From: Phoronis australis
Taxonomy: Eukaryota; Animalia; Phoronida
Direction: 5' to 3'
DNA: 42,495 bases
NCBI GenBank assembly: GCA_002633005.1
Contig: NMRA01000586.1
Location: 46,844-89,338 of the forward strand
Below the pieces are notes generated by a model. The model saw only the letters and a list, made by a program, of their open reading frames with translations, was not told where the DNA came from and did no database searches. This document shows, piece after piece, positions 24,497 to 36,432 of this stretch (its first letter is position 1; each line of letters starts with the position of its first letter). Made by a program: the position numbers and the translations under genes.

Positions 24497-26429
24497 TGAA
24501 AAACCTGTGGGGAGCAAAGTTGGGTGGAACCTTATGAAGAACTTACAACTGAGGACGTCGATGAAAGCAGAAACACCAACGAAAACGACGAGGTCGCTCA
24601 TAAATTTCAGAACAGGCGACAAGATTTCATCAATTCTCTCGCCCACGTGGCCGCCTTGCTTGACAATTTTAACAATAAACCTTACTAAATCAATGATAAA
24701 GGTGACAGCAAGGTAGGCATTGCCAAGCAAACAACTAGAACACTGATGAGACGAGACTGCATCCATTACTCACTTCAACAACGCCGTTATCACTGAGGTC
24801 GACTGTTTGGTATTCAAAACAACCATAATTACAACGACAACGCTGACAGAAGACAACGACACCAATGCCGCTTGCGCAGAAGTTGCGAACAAGAAAACCC
24901 CTCCCAGCCTTCAAATTCTGATAACTGGTCATCACAGTGTCATCTTTGGTGCAACTTTGTTGAAATCAATAGGCCCAATAGTCTTACCAAAATACAACCT
25001 GTATCTGATTTTTATGTCGATCGCAAGAAAAATTCGACTTGCAGTACAGTGTATACTAATAGAACAATAATGGCTCAGTGTTAAAATTGTCAATAAAGGA
25101 ACAATCATATGATCAGTGAATCTCGAACATTTCAAAAACGATAAACGGGGCGAAAAACGGTTGAATACCACTGATAGCACTTGGCGTGTTCCGTCAGAAC
25201 AGCAAATTTCATTAAAATTTGTTAAGGAACACTGGAGATACGGTACGAAAATTCAGTAAATTAAAATCACCGGAAAATCTCAGGTCGTTACGAGAAACAA
25301 ATGGCATGCTGTAGGTAGCGCTTGACGAGATAACTACAGTGTCATATTGCATCTGATTTGAACCAAAACTCTAGGCCTCGACCTATGAACAAGACACGTG
25401 CTGCGGGTGAATTCCACCACGGTTCTCGAATGACATGGAGTGTCTTGAACCCATTTTGTTCTTCAACCCTAAGAAGCATAACTCCGCTGCAAGCCTGAGG
25501 AGTGTACCAATGTATATATTCATCAGTAAATTTCCAATAACACAACAACCGTAAGTCGTATCAAAAACATGCTTAAAAGTTTAAGCATGTTTAATATATA
25601 ATACTTGACGAAGTTCACCTGATCAGCATTACAAAATTCAGACGTATTGATCAATTGACCCGGAGCTACAGCACGACAACTTTTACAGTACATGTATCTT
25701 ATTTCACCCAAACGAAAAAGGCTCGAGTTTTTCAGGGGGTTTCCAGTGGTTGTATAGTGTAGGTGTGAGAGACTAAGAAAAATGCAGACCAGTAAATATC
25801 GAATAAGTCGTGAACGGTAAATCGGAGCACAAAAGTAATGGCATAACACGTGTAGCGCTTGCCAAGATCTTTCCAGTAACAAAGATCCAATAAGGGACAC
25901 CAAAAATATGGATGGCGAATTCAATCAATTAATAAGCAGACAACTTTAAATCTTAAATAACTCGAGAATGGTAAACTGTGGAGAAAATCAAATAGAAATT
26001 TCAGATATATCTTGTGACGATCTATCCATAATCAAATTTCAGAAAACCCAGAAAAGTTATGACTCCGTAAATCGAAACGTCGCAAAATGAATTTCAACCA
26101 AAAATAATGGTCTCGAGCCACTGAGAAAGCACATGTGGTGCGTAAGTTTCATATCGATCAGAAAAGAGATACTACCTGATACAAGAGTACAAGGGTGCAG
26201 CGAGCATACGTCAATTAAAGATAAGTAATCTAATTATACACAATAACCTTATCAACAAAACAGATTCAAATTAAAGTAATCACGGCACGGATATGTGAGC
26301 TTTTTGGAGAAAACGTGTTTTGGGCAAAAAATAGGGTGCCTCAATAAAAGGACCGCTGTATGTGCCATCTTGAAACAGATTTAGTTGAAAGTTTCCGTAA
26401 TGGTAGTAAACGCGTAGTTACACGTGTTT

Positions 26430-27130
26430 GTATATGACTGTACTTCGGGAGCAAGTTTTCGGTTTTACAGAATTTGTTAAATGCACGACACTTTTCATTG
26501 TTCACAATCTTTATTCCGTTACGTTCGTACTTTCGGAACAAAACTCTACTCTCAACTGAACATAGATACAGTAACTGACCTAGCGACATAATTAAAAGAC
26601 ATATAATGTTTCGAAACATACTTGTTTCATTCTCAAGTGAAGATAAAATGACGCAGTAATGCCACCACAGAGTATAAGCTGACGACACACACAGTGAGAC
26701 ACGGCGGGTGTGAAATACTGCAAAGAATGACTAAAGAATTAGGGTAACAGGAAAGTCACGCAAACAAGTGTAACTTGCGGCGCTACCCTGTTTGCTGCTC
26801 ATTCAAAATAGGCTTCTCAAAAGCAATTAAAAGGGACTCTAATACTTTCAAACGCAGCACATCTTGCTCCACGTAGCGAATTGACGTGTTTTCCACAATT
26901 TGTTGACGGGTGATTTTACGTGCGTGGCATTGCAGAAAATGATCTTGAATGGCGCCATTTTAAAGATGCATGGATAACCGACGGGAAAGACTGCAAACCG
27001 TTTGACCAATGTAACATCGTTTGACGTTTGAACGAAGACATTCGTTCATAGGGCGTACAAACTCATAAACAACACGCAACTCCGGCATTTTCTTACGCGC
27101 TAGCTGAACTCTCGTGACCATTCTGGAACA
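26430..27130 (-). mobile_element. 5'-truncated Penelope-like element: GIY-YIG endonuclease, 3' pLTR and restart of the ORF
   Basis: RVVYEFVRPMNEC...CYIGQTVCSLSRRLSMHL*NGAIQDH...RLKVLESLLIAFEKPILNEQ, then a UTR with a hammerhead, then an N-terminal-like FRKYER...FNKFCKTENLLPKYS. Confidence 0.85.
26604..26638 (-). ncRNA. Minimal hammerhead ribozyme variant (U3:A8 core)
   Basis: The minus strand reads AC-TTGAGAA-T-GAAAC-aagtat-GTTTC-GAAA-CATTA, in the expected PLE pLTR position. Confidence 0.55.
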
Positions 27131-28908
27131 GCTTCCGGTTAGTGTATTTTGAAGAGAAATATTTACATCTACTTTACTGTCCAAAACAACGAAAAAATAT
27201 TAATTTCGGCATTGAAACGCTTTTCAAAGTCTTTCAATAGTAGAAGTGTTGGTATTGTGAGTACTTTTGGCAATGCTACTGGTAATTAATTACAAAATTG
27301 AAACTTCTGTGCCGACTGATTGTGTCGTCTGCTTGCCCAATAGCAGCATAGTTATCGGACAGTTTTTGATTTATACTTCGCATAGGCCTACTGAGAAAAC
27401 TACGAAAGCCATGTTTAAAAATCAACATTCTCAAGTGAGCAGTTCTTCTGGGAAGTGTTGAGTGGCCCTTAAAAGGGCCGTTGGTTGTAGTATAGCGTGA
27501 AATGGTTCTTAAAAGAACCGTTGAATAATTCAACATAAACCACACAGTATACCATGCTCACTCAAGTACAGAAGGTCCTCTTGATTCAAGTTTTCTTCTG
27601 GGAAGGTTGGATGAAAACGGAGCAGATGACAGTTGTAACACCTTATATAAATGTTACCATTCTCCAACGTTATCACGAACCCTGCCTCTTTCAGTTCTTG
27701 TTCCTGGATTCAGAAATAACCCTGAACCATAGGGAAAAAAGACATACAAAGAAAACTAATCAAATTTTAAAAATCATGGCCTTCGTACGATTCCGTGTTG
27801 CTGCCGCCAGACCGATGTTCCTCCCCAACATCAATGTTGAAAATCGACGTTACAAGTGATGGAAACTTGTGTCCTTTGTTTCTAACCTTTAACCCCTTTT
27901 TAAGAAAGGGGTGTACTGATTTTGTTTAAGGTTGATAGAGCATAACTTTTGGTTTTAACAATGCATTAATTGTGTTGAATGCATTCATATTAAGTGGCTT
28001 CATTCAGTTGAACAGAAAATAAATTAAATGTAACACAATAAAGTTTTGAAAATAAATAGAACAGTAACAGGACTCCCTAAAAATCGAGCTGTTTTTGAAA
28101 ACTGCGCCACTGGTGATCTGATTGGTTCATGCATTTACGGCGGGAAAATAATAGACCAAGTATCGTGCACGTGTGCACTGTAGCAACATTTTGTATCTTA
28201 TTCTTATTTGGCCAATCTGTTGATACAATAAATTTCCTTATTTATGCCCATCTTGATTTGACTGCAACTTGAGCTTGTTGGGTTCTATCATATATTGGGT
28301 TGGCATTGGGACCCACATGATGCTTACTCGAATGGGCTTCATTTTACCAAGTATTTCAAATTGAGGTGAAGTAAATAAACAAAGTGGGTGAATTTCATCA
28401 TTAGTATCTCTTGCAGGGTGCTCAAATTCTCTGGTGTTCCTGTTCCATGTTTTCAAAGAAGTTGGTTGCATTTTCATAGACTACAGTCGAGAGATTTTGT
28501 GCGGCATATATTGTGTAACCTTCTGTTGAATTGCGAGATAGAATTTGACTGGTCCAGTTTGTTATTTCTGAAGTATTAATGTAATCTTAATTTGTGTTAA
28601 AGGTTTTACCAGCGTTCTATTTATTTGTACACGAATGTGCCTTTGTTGAAATCGTTGATCCAAATCCTGGCCAAATGTGCGCACTCTGCTGAGACCAACC
28701 GTCTGATCAGGGCCAGCGAAGAGTAATTTGGTTTAATTCGCTCACTAGACTATAACTGAAGTTCCTCGTAAGGACAGGAGTTCATGAGTCACTACCTTTG
28801 GAAGAAATTTAGCGGACAATTTTCGTCAAAACGTTAACCAGATAGTTTTCATCAAAACGGAGAAAAGAAAAAAATATTTGTGAGGACAGGATTAAGTAGT
28901 AGAGTCTC

Positions 28909-29097
28909 TTAAAAAACATTCATCTTCGAAGTGCCTTGAACAAATGTCTTATTGCTGAAACAACTGCCATTCACGTTAATACAAGAAGTAACCTTTTCTT
29001 CCCGCAGCCGATTACGGGGTCTTCGGATGGTATGGAAGCTAATTCCTTTGCATTTCGGGTGTGTGGCCGAACAACCGGACACACAGTAGCCGACCAT
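28909..29097 (-). pseudogene. THAP zinc-finger domain relic (N-terminus of a transposon protein)
   Basis: MVGYCVSGCSATHPKCKGISFHTIRRP and, after a frameshift, ICSRHFEDECF: the C2CH THAP signature. Confidence 0.75.
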
Positions 29098-29419
29098 GAT
29101 TAGCAGACGACGTACTTGCCGGAAATTGCACCAGAAAATTTAGCCAGGTGTCGCCAGTGAATAATGACGTAAGGGCTAATGCGTAAGATCACAGAGTATA
29201 CGGAGTTGGCGGCCCATGTACTATGGTGGAGCAAGATATATATGTATATATACATGAGTAGATTTATAACGCAATATTGCAAGAATGCAGGTTTAACAGG
29301 GCTCATTATGAGAACAATTTTTATAACAAAATGGCCGCGTCGTCTGCCATCTTGGATATGGTCGTGGTGAAAAACAATAAAATTGAGACTTAGAAGTGTT
29401 GCAGGTTGTGTGAATTTCA

Positions 29420-31176
29420 TGTCAATCTGAACAGAAATTCGACATGTAGAGTACGAACTAAGTTGGGCAAAGTAACATAAAGTATAATCCTACTCACTTG
29501 CAAGATATTTTCAAATCCTCCAGTTCGGCCAAATCTTCCAGTTCGACGAAGTTTCAGAAAATCCTGTTTTAAAATAACATAGCAAAGTACGTTAAAATGA
29601 AACACATTAGTGCAAAGTTCACATAATATGAGTCAATGATCATCTGCCTTCCCCTAGTCAAAAAGCAACGCTGCGGGTGGACTAATGGGCATAACGGTGC
29701 CCCAGATGTAAACACGGCTTGAGCGGCCCAGTTAATCGACTTGCAAGTACTCAATCACGCAAAACCTTTTGACTGATTTTTCAAAACGTGGCATCCACGA
29801 CTTACCACGAATAAAGTGAAAGCACTCGGAGGAGCGAAAATTGGTGAATATAATCCTGAACTTAAAACTGGGATCGACGACGAAAGCAAGAACAACAACA
29901 AAAACGACGAAGACTCTCATGACAACATTGACAAGCAAATTACCGCCAATAACGGTAGTGTCGACAACAACACTGAAGATGCCTTTCACAACGACGTCGC
30001 TTTCACCGAAGATGACAATGACGATGACGATCTGCCGACTATGACAGCAACTCTCGGACAACATCTGTCTCTGAGCCAAAAATGCCAAACTCGACCGCGA
30101 CAGTAATGTGTTTCACACTGAAGTAAAATTACTGCAGGGATATACCTTAGCAATCACCCAGTCACCACAACTGACTAAGTTTCAAGCCGGGCGCCAAAAT
30201 TTCACGAGTTCTGTCGCCCAGGTGGCGACCTAGCTTGGAAATTATTAACAATAACTAAACATTTACGAAATAATGTTGACTTTTACAATCGTAATTACTC
30301 GATTGCGTATTTTCCCATTAACACGGTTAATATCTTTTCGACAGATTTGATAATCGTGGGAATACCGCAACCATATTTGAGCGAAGACGGTATTTTCCGT
30401 CTGTGTTTTCGCAATTTCAAAATCAAATTTGTATAAACGCGGCCTTTTCCGGCAGGTACCGTATAATGCAAAGTCTCATTATAAATTGCAAATATCGTGA
30501 GCATTACGAAGAAAAAAGGCCCGCTAAATTGTGTCAAAACTCATGGAACATGAACAGGGCGTCGGTTTGTGCAAACGGAACACGGCACGACAAAAATTAA
30601 ATAATTTCGATGGATAATAGTTCTGATTATTGCTGTTGTCGGAAATGCCTCAACCCAAAGCTGACCAGTTTCAAAGACTTAAAGCTACATAACTAGCAAT
30701 ACAAAGCACAGTAGTTATTTTAAACATCCCACAACTGGTCAAAGACATGTGGTGAATCACTTTCTATGCCCTCATAGGAGGATACAAATGCTGGTATTAA
30801 CAACCAACATGTTTAATTAATTAAACATCGTCACTAAAATTACATAACATTGTATTTAAATAAACTACTAATTATCTACAATATCAAAAAATGTCACTAA
30901 CATTTGCACTTGTCAATATTCATTAGTATGCCAAATTTCAGACATATTAATCAAATGACCCGGAGTTACGGCACAAGTAAAAAATAAAAGAACAGGCAAA
31001 GGAAAATATCAAAAACAATGTTATCGGGTGCTTGAACGAGCCTCCCTTATTTTGTAAAGTGGGTAAAAAGGTCCGCCTCAGAGAAACAAAAACTCCATAA
31101 AGTAGAAAACCAGGAAAAAGTTCACTTTAAAAAGGCAGGAACGCACAATTCGTAGCTCCCATTTTTAGGCTTGGTG
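29420..31176 (-). mobile_element. Second, diverged and truncated copy of the element at 18855-26340
   Basis: 29640-29925 aligns with 22310-22633 joined to 24497-24602. Same TTAAAACAG acceptor and GTGAGT donor around exon 29498-29563. About 30925-30975 matches about 25625-25675. Both copies have GGTGC at the apparent end. Confidence 0.6.
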
Positions 31177-32720
31177 CGCGCATGCTTCTATCACAAGCAG
31201 TGTTACAGACACTTAACGGATGTAACAAAAATTGAAAGAGTTATTAAAAAAGAAAAAGTCCAAGCTGATTATGGAAGTAATGTTGAACCCAGTAAAAAAA
31301 TAAGGATATTGTCACTGTTAGTTACATGTACATTTAACAGTGTTCAAAGAAGTATACCTTATATGTCTTGCCACCACAATGAACCATTTGCCACAAATCA
31401 AATTTCATCACAGGAGAACGAACAAAAGAAAAGTTTAAAACCTATCCCAGTTCCAAACATTCATTTGTAAATACGCCTACCTATTCTTAATTTGAAAAGA
31501 TGTCATTTATTATAAATAATCTTTCTTTTAGGTCACAGAACAAAAAATTGTTTTGCTTGATAATTTTTTTAGTAATAGTGGTCTCAATCTCAAATGCACT
31601 GGCAGTAGTTTCTTACCTACATGTGAGTGATCAGACCTGCTTTTTATGACCTTCTAAGCCTATTTGGAGACCTTTTTATGTAAAATAATGAGCAGTGTTT
31701 GGAATTTGAGAAATATCAAAATGGAAATATTGCATGTGTTCTGCGATTCATTTATCTTGAAAATTCAAATGTTGCACAGATTTCAGTATCTCACATTTTG
31801 AAGATTCTTGAATTAAGAGTTTTAAGCGAAGGAAATTTTTTACTCTTCCAAGTATGTGCTATTTAAAACAGGAAGTCAAATGAAATTTTAGGTCTACGAT
31901 AAAAAGACGCTTTTCAATTTCAAACGAAAACTATTGCCAACATGACCATTCCTCTCTTTTGAAGGGCTGAACTACTGTTTCAAGTATGATAAAAATGTTT
32001 CTAGGTTTTAAATTGTTTGAAGACAGCGGCACAATGCAATCAATGCTAGTAATGATGCTTATTTCTCTTAATACTTATTTTTGCTGAGCACTTATACAAA
32101 ATGAAATTCAGTTGTTGGCCATACTGTGCGCTAAAGTGAAGAGCATTTTGGTTATCTATTTCAGTTAAATAGGATTACTGTAAACAGGTGTTTAGATGAA
32201 ACGGTATTCAGGTTGTCAAAACTTTGGTTATTTTGGGTAGGGTGTAGGCTTGCAGAGATATTTTTTTAACTTTGTCTTTGCCATTTAAGTTAAGCTCGAA
32301 ATTTGTTTTTTCCTGGTTAGCTCATGGAAGACATTGTACCGTTTGTATGCAAGCTGTACGGCGAGTCATCAACAGTTAACAAAGCTCGCTATCACATGTT
32401 CAGGTTGAAATCTGTGAGCTGCCTCCTCATCATGATTGTTTGCTGTTTCATGCTAAAAAAGCAAACTACCAGTGTGCCATGCACAAACAGCCTTGCAAAA
32501 GCATGTCAGTGCACCATCTCCAGTTGGTAATGGGTGGCTTTTGGAGCGGGGTAGTCTGAAGGTCCACTGAATGACTCTGCCTTCAGCCCCAGAAAATGCC
32601 ATGAAAAATGTTCATGGCAAGTGTAAAAGAAGGGGTTTTAGTAAAAAATGTGCTTTTGTTTGAATTCAGGTATACCATGTTCTAAGTTGTGTGACTGTCC
32701 TGACTGTGTGAACACGGTGT
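31177..32720 (+). mobile_element. AcademX-like transposon deletion derivative (N-terminal YHxxCY piece plus C-terminal Cys-rich exon)
   Basis: FYHKQCYRHLTDVTKIER at about 31186. From 32321: FVCKLYGESSTVNKARYHMF...LPPHHDCLLFHAKKANYQ...PSPVGNGW...MTLPSAP...KCK...IPCSKLCDCPDCVN, the post-XPG and Cys8/CXC C-terminus typical of Academ proteins. Confidence 0.65.
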
Positions 32721-32849
32721 CTCAGTCAATAAACAACTTTTGATGACAATAATGATAATATAAATGATGGTGGAGTGGATGATGAAACATAATAAGTGTA
32801 TGCTATGTTGTTAAAGAATTTTAAATTTTCAATCTATTGACGACATTTA

Positions 32850-33450
32850 ATGGTGACTGTGGGGATTATCATTTAAGCTTGATCCTTCAGCTTTAAAATA
32901 CTCGACAATCTCCGATGAAGTGCTTTCACATGAATCCCTTCCTACATGTATGTATATCTCTTGCTGATTAGAACTGCTGGCGCGTAAGCGGTTCGTTTTA
33001 TTGTGTTCCATTTTATTGTTGGCGATAGTAGGAAGGTTTTTTTTTACCTTACGTTCAAGTTTGCAGATTTTCTCCACATAGTGAGATGGAGGAACACAAG
33101 ACTCAGACAGACTGGAGTAAAGCTGTGATCGAAGTGCTTACAGACTGGGTGCATTATTTTCAGTCAAGGTTCCTTTTTCAGAAGACGGAGCTTGTGACTG
33201 GTTTAAACGAGCCCTCATTATATCATATGACGGCGTTCTGTCGTTCAGCCACTTTTCCAGACGTGAGGGGTTTTGACCGTGCGATAACATCTGGCTCCTT
33301 TGTTAACTGCTCAGCACAGTCTTTTGTCCCGTATGACACCAAGCAGGCCAATTGTCTCCTAGGATTCAAATTTTTACTGAAACCTGGCAGAATGGATTGT
33401 CTTAACTTCTGTTGCAATTGGGCGATTTTGGTAATTCAAAAACTAAAGGA
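32850..33450 (-). mobile_element. Possible non-LTR retrotransposon ORF1 relic
   Basis: KIAQLQQKL... low-complexity linker... IYIHVGRDSCESTSSEIVEYFKAEG resembles the RRM-like start of CR1/L2-type ORF1. Interrupted. Confidence 0.3.
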
Positions 33451-35211
33451 ATTCAGAAATGCTATTGGCTTATGTTCAAATATGTTATAACTTAACTTTC
33501 ATTTTTATCCGCACAGCCCAGTCAGGCTATAGATACGATCTGATCGGAGATAAATATCGAACAACAGAGAGCAGGCCCTCCAATCATTAATGCCAGAATG
33601 GTGTTAATCAGTCTTGTGAGATATTGGCTGCAGGGGTGATCCTCCCAACAATTGTTGGGCATGAAATCGAACAAGTTGGGAGCAACGGGGAAACGCCGTA
33701 ATGGTATTATCTGCCGTAATACTCTTCATCACATGATCTATGACAGTTATTATCGCACGTTGATGTCAATTATACAGCCTTTTCACCAAACTTCTTGGTT
33801 CTGCTTCTTTTGTTGAGGTACTACACATACTGCTGCATCCAAGGTGGAAAATATGGGGTCATTGTGTTGGTCGATACTCCATAAACGTGGGGAAGCCGCC
33901 AATGAGTTTGGCACATAAGTTACTGTGGAGACTTCACAGCGGGTCTACGTCAAGCTTGTCAATACATATGGTGTAGAATTTTCTATTAGTCTATGTATTT
34001 TACCGAGAAATTTTAAATCAATTAAAATTATCAACAAGGAAATACAAGCTACTAATCTTGAGCATCAGCAAACAATTTCCAATGTTCAAGCAATCCAATG
34101 ATTTTCAAATGTTTAACTAAGGTAATCTCTTCAATGGTGAGCACTGCTTTCCAAGAGGCCGAGGGCTAGTGCACCTCAAAGTGTACAGATGCTTGAAATT
34201 AGAGCATCATGTGTAATAATGTAAAGAAGAGACAATTGTGAACATAGTCTGTTACGTCGTTGGCGTCAGTGTTCAGCGATTGTTGCCGGGACATTTATGT
34301 GTAAATGAACTGTTGTATTGGCCAGGTGCATTCAAATGTTCGACCTGGGTGCGGCAGTTGAGAGCCACTCGTGACGGCGTAGACGTGTCTAGAAGCTGCA
34401 TGCTTAGAGAAAGTGGAACATCTGTGTCGACATTGAAGACTTGTGATATTCAGCGGACAAAGTGTGGACCGCAAGATGATGGCTTCATTGTAGTAGCTTC
34501 CATAGGGGATTTTTGTACTTGACATAAGATTCTGGGGTAATAGAAGCGGGAAGGGGAAAACGTATGTCACCCATAACCAGCATAAGCGTTCAACCACGCT
34601 TGCGTCGGTTCGTATACTACTAAAGTTGCAAGTGTAGTTTTTGGGAACTGCTGTTCAATTTTATGAACCTTAACCAGATATTATTTCCAACGTGTGAGTA
34701 AATTTGTAAATTAAAAGATAGTGGGGTTCATTTGAGATAACTTGCAAATGGGTGTATAGTCGATGAGGGTTCGTTTTTGTATTCAGTGGTAGATGTTGCG
34801 AATTATATGGCTCATTGAATATTTTGGGCGGTTGTTAAATAGCTTCGAAAGGATGACTGAGTGAGTAGTGGTCGGCTAAAGTGATTTGTTTTGCAGTACG
34901 GTGTGTTAGTAGTTACGTAGTCAGTTAGGTTAAGGTTGTTAGGCAGAGGTCGCTGCTTGTGTTAATTACTTGAGAACTAGCAATAGAGAAGTTGACAATT
35001 TCTGTGGTGATTAAGGTTGGGTTAAGTGACTTGTGAATTTTGAAAGAAGAAACAAGCAATACGTTTCTCGTTGATATTTGCGAATTTTAGTCTAGCACAT
35101 TAAAAGCTGAGGCTTTAGTTTCATCGGTGAGTTGAAAATTGGTGTTACGGGTCAGACAGTGGTGAGGTGGTGAGTTTTCAGTCATGGATTTCGACAAGTG
35201 GGCAAGTATAG

Positions 35212-35212
<1 letters not shown>

Positions 35213-35247
<35 letters not shown>
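35213..35247. repeat. (GA)n microsatellite abutting a gap
   Basis: Direct reading; true length unknown. Confidence 0.95.
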
Positions 35248-35341
35248 NNNNNNNNNNNNNNNNNNNNNNNNNNNNNNNNNNNNNNNNNNNNNNNNNNNNN
35301 NNNNNNNNNNNNNNNNNNNNNNNNNNNNNNNNNNNNNNNNN
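35248..35341. other. Assembly gap (N run)
   Basis: Run of N. Confidence 0.99.
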
Positions 35342-36383
35342 ACATAACGCGAAGTTGTCGTGAGGACTCGATTGGGACCTCAGGGGTCTCACGCTCCACC
35401 GGCTAAATTGAAAAGGCTTTGTCCAGTCACGCGTTGTGGGTCATAAATCGAGATAATGATACCAACAGCTGACGCGACAAGCAGAACTACTTTCTTTTAC
35501 TTCATTTGTGCACTAACTGGAGAAATTTAGAATTAGACTTTTAAACACTATCCGATCGTCAACTTTTTCGGGAGACTTAAATCTCAATGTAGTTAGCGCA
35601 AAGACGATGTGCAATTTTTGGAGGTGTATTGACGATGATCAACGTTAAACCGGAGAGCAAATAAGTGCGTAATTGATCATCCAATCAGTAGTTTTGCGAG
35701 AAAGCGACGACCTTGCCGAAATTGAATAACGGAAACCCTTGAAATTCATTATAAGCGAGAAAGAGAAAACAAATATTTTCTGACGTTTAGGCTCATTAAC
35801 TTTGAGTAAACGAAACGTCGCAAATATGTTCCGTCTTCTCTTGCGCGCTCATAATAAGATTCCTGTAACTAGTGTTATGGACAAAAACCGAGTTAGGAAA
35901 CATCTAGACTAAAATCTTGATGGTATCTTATTTTGCCAGCGACCATACACGGTATAAAAATGAATGAAAAGCTGAATTTTCTGAAACGTACCTCAGCGAA
36001 ATCGTCAAAGAAAAAAGCGCCACTTGCCACCTAAAACGGACAAAAACAACCAAAGCGCGCAACGCGTCGCTTACCTTAAAAAGTAACTCTTTCACTTGTT
36101 GTTTGTGGTTAAACATGTGATGTGTAGCCATATTTTTGGTCGTAGCCCCCTACAACGGGCTACTACTTCAAATGACACGTACATATTGTCGATGTCAAAA
36201 TTTAACTGCCCCACCGGATCCCAGGGTTTCATGTTTTGTAATTTAAAATGATTGCATAAACTTAGGAATAAATGCGAGTTACAGGCACTGCGTTCACAAA
36301 GAGTAAGAAAACAAAAACCCAGCCGCATACGATCACCTCGCTTTAACAATGCATTGTGCGCATTCCACATAACTAGTAGGCCA

Positions 36384-36432
36384 CTCTTCAGATTAGTGCT
36401 TGGGCAATCTCTTCAGATTAGTGCTTGGCAAT
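36384..36432. repeat. 25-bp tandem duplication
   Basis: CTCTTCAGATTAGTGCTTGGGCAAT followed by CTCTTCAGATTAGTGCTTGGCAAT. Confidence 0.9.

Larger units (their letters stand above)
18855..26340 (-). mobile_element. Decayed multi-exon DNA transposon, KDZ/Zisupton-like, with a Ulp1(C48)-like tail; interrupted by MITEs and a Helentron-type insertion
   Basis: Minus-strand exons with AG/GTGAGT sites (22182-22220 TFGNKEELEKKAR; 21470-21562). Cys-rich piece NQCFWC...HW...LCPLV, GGGVMTSSACLPCGIWSYCKM near 21340, and DLWHLCGLDIKHLFDS...WS*VFVQFM...KRVRRDIIHLL at 18855-19020. Boundaries approximate. Confidence 0.4.

Noticed and set aside
24507-30106. Thr-rich mucin-like or acidic plus-strand ORFs at 24507-25070 and 29816-30106
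   Set aside because: They look like antisense frames of a low-complexity tract in the minus-strand gene; they have no credible start or exon structure.
33550-33620. Fourth PLE endonuclease tail (REQALQSLMP...)
   Set aside because: Too short, with no YIG motif or hammerhead found nearby.
35087-35399. ORFs spanning the N gap
   Set aside because: Artefacts of translating N and (GA)n.
26690-35889. RAG-transposon or RSS signals (CACAGTG at 26690, ACAAAAACC at 35881)
   Set aside because: Neither has a good partner at 12/23 spacing, and no RAG1-like coding motifs were seen.
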